From contig OY771587.1 of NCBI GenBank assembly GCA_963674825.1, forward strand, positions 32,001 to 96,000: 64,000 bases of DNA, written 5' to 3'. The position numbers and the translations under genes were made by a program. Positions within the stretch are counted from its first letter, which is position 1. Every line of letters begins with the position of its first letter. The notes beneath the pieces are model-generated. The model saw only the letters and a list, made by a program, of their open reading frames with translations. It did no database searches and was not told the origin of the DNA. This stretch comes from Candidatus Cloacimonadales bacterium (GTDB taxonomy: Bacteria; Cloacimonadota; Cloacimonadia; Cloacimonadales; JAIOQZ01). Shown here piece after piece: positions 39,438-47,060 of this stretch.

Positions 39438-39770
39438 CTAAATATCGTAGGCAGTTCCGTCTTTTACGACGCGTTCCACGATGAAACGATCCTCATCGTA
39501 GAAACCCGTGACTTCGATGAATTCGAATTTTACCAGCTTCAGGTCGTATTCTTCCAGTAGAAAATCGTCATTGGGCAAGCCAAGTTTGAGCTTCTGCTTA
39601 TTGGGAAGCTGAAGAATCCATGTCTCATCTTCATAGAGCAGCTTGCCCTTGAAGGTATAAAGCTTTCCGACATCCTCTTCGCCGTTCGGGCTCGATGCAG
39701 CAATAGCCATGAGCGCGCCAAGCTGGAAGAGAATCAACGCCGTCAGGACGATCGTGATGATCTTTTTCAT
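39438..39770 (-). CDS. Hypothetical exported protein
   Basis: MKK signal peptide, AGGAG RBS, beta-rich mature part. Confidence 0.7.
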   Translation of the reverse strand: MKKIITIVLTALILFQLGALMAIAASSPNGEEDVGKLYTFKGKLLYEDETWILQLPNKQKLKLGLPNDDFLLEEYDLKLVKFEFIEVTGFYDEDRFIVERVVKDGTAYDI

Positions 39771-39784
39771 AGAAACTCCTGTCG

Positions 39785-40159
39785 TTATTTCTTTTTCTTG
39801 AGCGAGATCACCAGCTCATACTCGTTGGGCGGACGATCCCAGATTTTTTTGTCGAGATAGGCGACCGGATTGTTCATCAGTTCGGATTCCTTAACCTCCG
39901 TAAACCGATTGTCGTCTTCAACGACCCAGTACACCTTCTCTTTCCTGGTCGGTTCAACCTTCTTCGTTGCCATAATTTCTCCTGCAAGTTCATATTCCGG
40001 GTGGTTTTCCACAAAGTCAAGCAAAGCTTTGATATCGACGTTGGATTTATAGATATGACACTTTTTTCGGCAATTGACGGCGCAGACAAAGATGCTCTCG
40101 AACCTGCGGGATCGAGGGCAAATGATGCTTGTCTTATCCTTATGGAATTTGCGCGCCAT
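39785..40159 (-). CDS. Hypothetical protein with a four-Cys N-terminal motif
   Basis: Fills the gap between dapA and the next gene with 13-14 nt spacers; C-x11-C-x3-C-x3-C. Confidence 0.7.
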   Translation of the reverse strand: MARKFHKDKTSIICPRSRRFESIFVCAVNCRKKCHIYKSNVDIKALLDFVENHPEYELAGEIMATKKVEPTRKEKVYWVVEDDNRFTEVKESELMNNPVAYLDKKIWDRPPNEYELVISLKKKK

Positions 40160-40172
40160 CGGTATTCCTGTG

Positions 40173-41048
40173 TTAAATCAGTTTATAATCTTTGAGAACC
40201 TTCTCCAGACGTTTTACCTTATCGTCATCCATGGGAGCTAACGGAAGCCGGATTTCGTCTTCGATCATACCCATCATCGCCAGCGCGGTTTTCACTGGGA
40301 TGGGGTTGGTATCGAAGAACATCGCAGCGTTGATCTCGATCAGCTCCTGGTGCAATTTCAACGCAGTTGCGTAATCACCCTTCAGGCAGGTTTCGGTCAT
40401 GTCGCTAACCTTTTTCGGCATCACATTCGCTGTAACCGAGATAACGCCCTTCGCTCCGCAGGCCATCAGTGGCATGTTGAGCGCATCTTCGCCGGACATC
40501 ACGGAAAAGTCGTCGCGTGTGTCGCGAGCAACGATGGAAGCCTTAATCAGGTCAGCACTCGCTGCTTTGAGCCCGATGATTCGCGGACATTCGTTAGCAA
40601 GCCGGAGGATTGTTTCGGTCGCCATGTTGACGCCGGTACGCCCCGGAACATTGTAAATGACAATAGGGATATCGGTCTGGTCGTGAACTTCTTTAAAGAA
40701 GCGATAGAGCCCTTCTTGATTGGGTTTGTTGTAGTAGGGTGTGATAACCAGCGCATACTGCACGCCGTAGTCTTTTGCACGGGCGGTCGCGGAGACGGTA
40801 TTGCCCAAGCTGTTTGTGCCGGTACCGAGCATGATCGGCAGCTTGCCGTCGATACGCTGTACACAGAAACGAACCATGCGATCTTTTTCATCGCTCGCCA
40901 GCGCAGGCGATTCACCCGTGGTTCCGTTCAGAAGGATGCCATGGGTGCCGTTTTGAAGGTGAAAATCGATCAGTTTTTCGAGGGCGTTGTAATCGATGCC
41001 ATTCTTTTTAAAAGGCGTAACGAGCGCTACGTAGGAACCTTGCAGCAT
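40173..41048 (-). CDS. dapA: 4-hydroxy-tetrahydrodipicolinate synthase
   Basis: ALVTPF, GTTGES, TPYYNKP, YNVPGRTG, GLK, SGED, NPIPVK. Confidence 0.96.
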   Translation of the reverse strand: MLQGSYVALVTPFKKNGIDYNALEKLIDFHLQNGTHGILLNGTTGESPALASDEKDRMVRFCVQRIDGKLPIMLGTGTNSLGNTVSATARAKDYGVQYALVITPYYNKPNQEGLYRFFKEVHDQTDIPIVIYNVPGRTGVNMATETILRLANECPRIIGLKAASADLIKASIVARDTRDDFSVMSGEDALNMPLMACGAKGVISVTANVMPKKVSDMTETCLKGDYATALKLHQELIEINAAMFFDTNPIPVKTALAMMGMIEDEIRLPLAPMDDDKVKRLEKVLKDYKLI

Positions 41049-41060
41049 GTATCCTCCTTG

Positions 41061-41546
41061 TTATCGGGGTGTTCCGCCGTCAAAGCCGATCTGACGCCAG
41101 GCTTCGTAGAGAATGACGGCGACACTGTTGGACAGATTGATGGACCGTATCGCGTCCGTCATCGGAACTCTGATGTTCCGTTCACGGTACGCGTCGAGAA
41201 GCTTTTCGGGTAGCCCGGAGGTCTCAGGACCAAAGACAAATACATCGCCCTGACGGTAGTCGAAGGCAGTATAAGACGTTTTTGATTTTGTGGTACAGAG
41301 GAAAATTCTGTCAACTGGAAATTGCTCCACGCAGGCCTTAAAAGAGTCGTGCAGAACGGGATCCAGTTCGTGCCAGTAATCTAATCCTGCTCGTTTCAAA
41401 TACTTATCGGTTATCAGGAAGCGCATGGGTTTGATGATATGAAGCCGTGCATTCATTCCCAGGCATAGCCGGCCGATATTGCCGGTGTTGGATGGGATCT
41501 CGGGACGATACAGCACCACATGGAAGTTTGGAGCGGCTACTTCCAC
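41061..41546 (-). CDS. trmL: tRNA (cytidine/uridine-34-2'-O)-methyltransferase
   Basis: PEIPSNTGNIGR, KRAGLDYW, FGPET.GLP, RSINLSN; GTG 41546 with GGAG RBS. Confidence 0.93.
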   Translation of the reverse strand: MEVAAPNFHVVLYRPEIPSNTGNIGRLCLGMNARLHIIKPMRFLITDKYLKRAGLDYWHELDPVLHDSFKACVEQFPVDRIFLCTTKSKTSYTAFDYRQGDVFVFGPETSGLPEKLLDAYRERNIRVPMTDAIRSINLSNSVAVILYEAWRQIGFDGGTPR

Positions 41547-42550
41547 TCTTTCTCCCACTTGCGGCGAAGGTAGTCCTCTGTCATATTCTCATCCTTGCCC
41601 CACTTGCGCGAAAAATCTTTCACCGGCAGTTCAACGACTTTGAACGCCTCCGGTAATTCAACCTTCTCGTGGATGGGGAATTTCCAGGCATGCTTCGGGA
41701 TTTGCTTCTGGAAAGGCTTGCTCATCATATACTCGATATAGCGCTTTGCGAGATCGTTATGGCGAGCCCCACGTACAACCGCGGCACATTCGTAGATCTG
41801 ATATCCGCCTTCCTGAAGATTGTAAAGCTTGTAGCGATCAGATTCGCCATCCGCATATAGCCGCGCATAGCGTGTAAGTTCGACCATCGAGATCGTTGCT
41901 TCACCCGCCATAAAGCGATTGAAAGCATCCTCTTCCGAATCGGTCATCATCCTGATATTCGGCTTCATGCTGCGCCAGATTTTGGGAAAACCGAAGACAT
42001 TGCCAAATGCAGCCGTGAAGCGGTAGAATCCCTTACCGATATTTGTCGTGAAAGGATCCGGAATGATGATGGAATCCTTCCAGTCATGATCGGTAATCTG
42101 GCCGAATGTGGTCGGCGGATTCGGCGTGGCTTCCGTATCGTAAATGAAACCCACATAGGTGTATTCGTAAGGCGTCATATAGCCTTCGGCATCGACTCGA
42201 TGCTTTACCGGTACCGCGTATTCGCGCTCCGGGATAAACGGAATCAGCACACTATCCGCCATCGCAAGCTCTTGAAACACATCTCCCAGCCCCACCACAA
42301 GGTCAGATTGCGGATGCTCCTTTTCCGCTCGTAACGTATCCAGAAGCGCTCCGGCGTTTTCGGTTACGCGAAAGAAAATCTTGCACTTGTGCTTACTCTC
42401 GAATTCAGCGCGGGTAAGTTCACCCAGTGTATCGACGTAATTGCGCGTCGCCAGGATATTGAAGACAGCCACACGCTGTTTCTGTTCCTGCTGTTGTCCG
42501 CATGAGACCAGCAGGATTGCAATCGAGATAATTATCAATATCTTGCGCAT
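41537..42550 (-). CDS. ABC transporter substrate-binding lipoprotein, ThiB/TbpA-like
   Basis: Lipobox LVSC; FE.KH.CK, DLVVGL, PYEY.YVGFIYD, PDP.T...G, FQKQIP...WKFP. Confidence 0.8.
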   Translation of the reverse strand: MRKILIIISIAILLVSCGQQQEQKQRVAVFNILATRNYVDTLGELTRAEFESKHKCKIFFRVTENAGALLDTLRAEKEHPQSDLVVGLGDVFQELAMADSVLIPFIPEREYAVPVKHRVDAEGYMTPYEYTYVGFIYDTEATPNPPTTFGQITDHDWKDSIIIPDPFTTNIGKGFYRFTAAFGNVFGFPKIWRSMKPNIRMMTDSEEDAFNRFMAGEATISMVELTRYARLYADGESDRYKLYNLQEGGYQIYECAAVVRGARHNDLAKRYIEYMMSKPFQKQIPKHAWKFPIHEKVELPEAFKVVELPVKDFSRKWGKDENMTEDYLRRKWEKEWK

Positions 42551-43299
42551 CAAACTCCTCCAAACAGAACGGATGCGACAACAAAGTCCATCAGCAGAAT
42601 CAATATCGATGTATAGACCACAGTCAACGTCGATGCACGGCCCACACCCTCAGCGCCGTTTGCCGCTCGGGAACCTATAAAACAGCCTATCGTAGTGATG
42701 ATCAGACCGAAGACAAACGCTTTAACCAGTCCGCCCCAAAGATCAGGAGAATCGAACATTCTGCGCATGTTGTTGAAAAACTCGAAAGTACTGATTCCAT
42801 AGCGGAACCTCGCCACCAGATAACCGGAAACGATTCCGATGAAATTCGAATAGATCGTAAGCATCGGCAGAACGATCATTCCTGCAATCACGCGCGGAAG
42901 ATAGAGGAAATCGACCGGATCGATAGCAAGCGATTCCAGAGCGTCAAGCTGCTCACTAACCTTCATGGTGCCGATCTCCGCCGCAATGGATGCACCTACG
43001 CGTCCGGCAAGAACAAGCGCGGTGAGAACCGGTGCGAGCTCGATCATCATCGATTTGCCTACCATCACGCCGATGAGCTCCGTCGGGATATAGCCACTGG
43101 TCTGATAGGATGCTTGTAGTGCAGTGACCATACCGGTGAAACCCGAGGTGACAGTGATGAGCAGGATGGAATCGAAGCCCATTCGCTTGACCTGTGTTAT
43201 AATCTGATAGGAGCGTTTAGGCAATTGGGGTATATGGAAAATCAGTGATTCGATAAAGAGGACGAATGCGCCGATTTTACTGAAGAAAGTGCGTATCAT
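42550..43299 (-). CDS. mlaE: MlaE family lipid ABC transporter permease
   Basis: ELAPVLTALVLAGRVG..IAAEIGTMKVSEQLDAL, GAEGVG. Confidence 0.93.
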   Translation of the reverse strand: MIRTFFSKIGAFVLFIESLIFHIPQLPKRSYQIITQVKRMGFDSILLITVTSGFTGMVTALQASYQTSGYIPTELIGVMVGKSMMIELAPVLTALVLAGRVGASIAAEIGTMKVSEQLDALESLAIDPVDFLYLPRVIAGMIVLPMLTIYSNFIGIVSGYLVARFRYGISTFEFFNNMRRMFDSPDLWGGLVKAFVFGLIITTIGCFIGSRAANGAEGVGRASTLTVVYTSILILLMDFVVASVLFGGV

Positions 43300-44666
43300 C
43301 GAAGTGGATCGTAATTACGGAAACTGACGATCTCGCCGATGAATTCAAGCTTCACCGTTCCGATCGCGCCATGACGGTTCTTCCCGATGATAATCTCGGC
43401 AAGCCCCAGATCTTCCGAATCTTTGTTGTAGTATTCGTCGCGATAGATAAACATCACGATGTCCGCATCCTGCTCGATCGCACCCGATTCACGGAGGTCG
43501 GCGAGGCGAGGTCGCTTGTCGTCGCGGTTTTCCAAGCCACGGTTGAGCTGCGAAAGTGCGATTACCGGCAAGCTGAGTTCTTTGGCGAGCACCTTGAGCG
43601 CACGAGAGATCTCTGAGATCTCCTGCTGACGGCTATCGCGGTTTCGCTTGGACGACATAAGCTGTAGGTAGTCGATTACAATCAGGTCGAGACCGCCCAG
43701 TTCCGCTTTGAGTCGACGGCACTTGGCACGGATGTCCAGCGCTGTGTTGGAACCGGAGTCGTCGATATAGATGTGCTTACCATGAAAAGCGTCGGCAACG
43801 CGAGTGATCTCGCGCAGCTTGTCCTGCGTCATGCCGTAGCCCTTGAGCATGTTGTCCATGCTGACCTCGGAGTTCGAAGAGAGCATACGCATGAGAAGCT
43901 CTTCGGCTTCCATCTCCATGGTGAAGATGGCTACCTTGAGGTTGTGATGCACCGCCGCGTTAAACCCGATATTCAGGGCGAACGCAGATTTACCCATCGC
44001 AGGACGGGCAGCGAGAACGATGAATTGACCGCTGCGGAAACCGCCGGTTGCCTTATCGAGGTCGTAAAAACCGGTGGGGACGCCCAAGACATTGGTCTTG
44101 TTGGCTGCGACATCCTCGATGTTCTGCAGAGTTTCGGGGATAATATCGGTGACCTTGACGAACGTCTTGAGGTTGGAGCGTTCGGCTATACTGAAGATGC
44201 CCTGTTCCGCTTCGTCGATGATATCATCGACCGGCAGATTCTGGTTGTAAGCACTCTCGATAATCTCGGTGCTTCTCTGGATCAACATTCGGAGCAGCGC
44301 TTTTTCGAGGACAATATTGGCGTGGTACTCGATATTCGCACCACTGAGCACAACGTCCGACAGCTCGATAATATACTGTTTTCCGCCTGCTTTCTCCAGC
44401 ATGTTGGCGGTCTCGACGCCCTTGCGAGTCTTGATTTCAGTGCGTTCAAGCCGGTTCATCAGCGTGATGACGTCGATCTCGGTGTTGTCCTCAAACAGCT
44501 CGCTGATAGCACGGAAAATATACTTGTGCGGTGTATGATAAAAATGCTCTTCACCCAGCTTTTCGATCGCCTTGGCTACTGCGGAGGGATCGATAAGCAT
44601 CGCGGAAAGCACGGCAGCTTCGGCGTTGAGATCCTTGGGGAGGGTGCGCTCCACTTTGGGTGGCAT
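43296..44666 (-). CDS. dnaB: Replicative DNA helicase
   Basis: AE.AVL, AARPAMGKS, IDYLQLM, ALSQLNR, DLRESGAIEQDAD, KNRHG. Confidence 0.98.
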   Translation of the reverse strand: MPPKVERTLPKDLNAEAAVLSAMLIDPSAVAKAIEKLGEEHFYHTPHKYIFRAISELFEDNTEIDVITLMNRLERTEIKTRKGVETANMLEKAGGKQYIIELSDVVLSGANIEYHANIVLEKALLRMLIQRSTEIIESAYNQNLPVDDIIDEAEQGIFSIAERSNLKTFVKVTDIIPETLQNIEDVAANKTNVLGVPTGFYDLDKATGGFRSGQFIVLAARPAMGKSAFALNIGFNAAVHHNLKVAIFTMEMEAEELLMRMLSSNSEVSMDNMLKGYGMTQDKLREITRVADAFHGKHIYIDDSGSNTALDIRAKCRRLKAELGGLDLIVIDYLQLMSSKRNRDSRQQEISEISRALKVLAKELSLPVIALSQLNRGLENRDDKRPRLADLRESGAIEQDADIVMFIYRDEYYNKDSEDLGLAEIIIGKNRHGAIGTVKLEFIGEIVSFRNYDPLR

Positions 44667-44680
44667 ATTGACTCCTGAAA

Positions 44681-45361
44681 TTACAATGCGTTATAGACAT
44701 CCCGGATGCGCTGTAAATCGACCCAGGCGGCTTTTTTAAAGCTGGGATTTCGCAGAAGCGCTGCCGGGTGATAGGTCGCAAACGTGCGGATGCCGCGATA
44801 CTGATGCTCGCCCTGGCGCATGTTGCTGAGCGTCGCGTGCGTTTCCAGCAGAGCCTGCGCGGCAACACGTCCCAGAAGGACAATAATCTGCGGTTTGATG
44901 ATATCGATCTGCTGGTCGAGCAGCGGACGGCATGCAGCTACTTCTTCCGGGTTGGGATCGCGGTTGTTAGGCGGTCGGCATTTGACCATGTTGCCGATGA
45001 AAATATCTTCGCGCTTGATGTTAATAGCAGCCAGCATCTTGTCCAGAAGCTGACCGGCAGCTCCGACGAACGGCTTGCCAACGCGGTCTTCGTTTGCGCC
45101 GGGTCCCTCGCCGATGAGCATCATCTTTGCGCGGGGATTACCGGCACCATATACGAATTTATTCCGACCTTCCGAAAGCACGCACTTTGTGCAGTTGCGG
45201 TTTGCCTCTTCAAGCCGGGCAAGCACTTCACCAGGTTCGCCGGTTACTGGCACCGTAGCAGGTTGCAGCGCTTGTTCGAAGACGCTTTTATCGATGAATA
45301 CTTCGTCGATGCCCGAAACCTTCAAATAGTCCAGGTAGTTCCGGATCGATTTCCGTATCAT
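44681..45361 (-). CDS. Uracil-DNA glycosylase family 4
   Basis: CTKC, GEGPG.NED..G.PFVG.AG, KCRPP.NR, TYHPAALLR. Confidence 0.94.
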   Translation of the reverse strand: MIRKSIRNYLDYLKVSGIDEVFIDKSVFEQALQPATVPVTGEPGEVLARLEEANRNCTKCVLSEGRNKFVYGAGNPRAKMMLIGEGPGANEDRVGKPFVGAAGQLLDKMLAAINIKREDIFIGNMVKCRPPNNRDPNPEEVAACRPLLDQQIDIIKPQIIVLLGRVAAQALLETHATLSNMRQGEHQYRGIRTFATYHPAALLRNPSFKKAAWVDLQRIRDVYNAL

Positions 45362-45373
45362 GATGTTAGAGCG

Positions 45374-45595
45374 CTATTCCGTTTCGAGTTCCGACTCGAG
45401 AGGCTCGTCCGCGATATAATCCGGGATTTCGTTTTCCGCTACGTGCTCAAGAGCGATCGCGGTAAGCTTTTCGTCGAATTTATCCTTAACTGTGGATGGC
45501 AGATCGCTCAATCTTCTTACTTCAAGGTTGGCAAGCTGCAGGAATAAATAGTTCATATTGTTTCTTTCGAGAAATTGGTCAACTTTCGGATTCAC
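45374..45595 (-). CDS. rpoZ: Probable RNA polymerase omega subunit (divergent)
   Basis: GGAGGT RBS 7 nt before GTG 45595; 73 aa; NYLFLQLANLEVRRL and KLTAIALEHVAENEI match the two omega helices; directly follows gmk. Confidence 0.65.
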   Translation of the reverse strand: MNPKVDQFLERNNMNYLFLQLANLEVRRLSDLPSTVKDKFDEKLTAIALEHVAENEIPDYIADEPLESELETE

Positions 45596-46229
45596 GATCC
45601 GTACCTCCGTAGAATTTATCTTCAATATTACGATACCGGCTAATCCGGCATTCTTCAGCCCGAATAATCGATTCAACTTCGAGAATCGCGTCTTCCAGGT
45701 CGTCATTCACCACCAAGTAATCGAAATGGTTCCGGTGCTCCAGTTCCATCCTGGCATTTTCGAGCCTGAGCGCGATAGTCTCTGCGGAATCGGTTCCGCG
45801 CTTTGTCAGCCGGTCTTCCAGCGTTGCGAGATCGGGCGGTATCATGAAAATCGTGACCATCGGCAAACCGCTTCGCATTACCGAAAGCGCACCTTGAACA
45901 TCGATATCCAGGATTACATGCCGTCCCTGCAAGAGCTGGCCGGTGATATAATCACGCGAGGTGCCGTACATGTTGCCGTGCACCTCTGCGTGTTCTAAAA
46001 AACGTTTCTCCTCGAGCAGCCTGTCAAATTCCTCGCGATCGAGGAAGAAATAATCCAAGCCATCCTGTTCCGCACCGCGCGGTTTACGCGTGGTGTAGGA
46101 GATCGAATAGACGATCGGAATCGCGTCTTCCCGGCGGCGCTGCATCACCTGGCGCAGAACCGTCGATTTGCCGCCTCCCGAAGGCGCGATCAAGATGATG
46201 AGAAAGCTGCTTCGCGGACAATCGGTCAT
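45579..46229 (-). CDS. gmk: Guanylate kinase
   Basis: APSGGGKST, SISYTTRKPR.E.DG.DY.F, YGT, DIDVQGA. Confidence 0.96.
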   Translation of the reverse strand: MTDCPRSSFLIILIAPSGGGKSTVLRQVMQRRREDAIPIVYSISYTTRKPRGAEQDGLDYFFLDREEFDRLLEEKRFLEHAEVHGNMYGTSRDYITGQLLQGRHVILDIDVQGALSVMRSGLPMVTIFMIPPDLATLEDRLTKRGTDSAETIALRLENARMELEHRNHFDYLVVNDDLEDAILEVESIIRAEECRISRYRNIEDKFYGGTDRESES

Positions 46230-46232
46230 GAT

Positions 46233-46610
46233 TTATTCTTCGATCATTTCCTTGTAATCTTCAGCATCCATAAGTTCGTCCAGCTCGCTGGGATCGGACA
46301 TCTTGATCTTGATGATCCAGCCCTTGTCGAACGCGGATTTGTTGATCAGTTCAGGCTCGTCTTCCAGCGCTTCGTTCACAGCGATAACTTCGCCCGAAAC
46401 GGGACAGATCAGGTCTTCAACAGCTTTCACGGCTTCAACGGAACCAAACGCTTCTCCAGCTTCGATTTCGTCTTCAACTTCCGGAAGCTCAACATAAACG
46501 ATATCACCAAGCTCGTGCTGCGCGAAATCGGTAATGCCGATAACAGCATTGCCGCCTTCTTTTTTCACCCATTCGTGCGATTCTGTGTAGTAAAGACCTT
46601 TCTTGACCAT
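46233..46610 (-). CDS. gcvH: Glycine cleavage system H protein
   Basis: YTESHEW, GITDFAQHELGDIVYVELP, lipoyl site VEAVKA. Confidence 0.96.
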   Translation of the reverse strand: MVKKGLYYTESHEWVKKEGGNAVIGITDFAQHELGDIVYVELPEVEDEIEAGEAFGSVEAVKAVEDLICPVSGEVIAVNEALEDEPELINKSAFDKGWIIKIKMSDPSELDELMDAEDYKEMIEE

Positions 46611-46780
46611 TTGTTCCTCCAGAACATCTTATTTTATAGCACACAGATATTTAGCGTATCGTATCAATCAAATCAAGTGCGCAGTGGTGTCAAGAAATTC
46701 CTGTCAGAATGTTGTGGTTATTCGTGCTGCTCCTTCTCTATGTCATCCCGAGCAGCGCAACGCGCGTAGCGATGGAGAAG

Positions 46781-46990
46781 GCAGATAGTTAATAATTCCA
46801 GGATTTGTACAAAAACTAACAAGACGTCTGCGTACCATGGAGAGAAATGCCAAGCTGGGGCTTGGCGCTCCAAAGGGAATAGATATGCAGGCAGTTTGGA
46901 AGATTCGAATTTCATGCAAATTCACAAGTGCCTGCGGTCCATGAGAAAAATTGAAAAGAGATACGGACGAGGACGTCCGCGTTCCCAGGG
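46781..46990 (+). repeat. Array of four same-orientation REP-type units
   Basis: Units at about 46781-46838, 46847-46877, 46885-46941 and 46958-46990, each ending in GCG-NN-CC(C/A); two carry inserted mini-hairpins. Confidence 0.75.
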
Positions 46991-46994
46991 CATT

Positions 46995-47028
46995 AAAAAA
47001 GCCCCTCTCCTCTTACGAGGAAAGGGGC
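46995..47028 (-). terminator. Intrinsic terminator of the redox cluster
   Basis: Minus strand GCCCCTTTCCTC-gtaa-GAGGAGAGGGGC followed by T6. Confidence 0.8.
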
Positions 47029-47060
47029 AATACTTCGGTTTGACTATGTCAAATCCGAAA

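Noticed and set aside
43296..44666. Intein in DnaB
   Set aside because: Normal length (456 aa); only a short N-terminal loop insertion (TEIKTRKGVETAN) and no splicing motifs.
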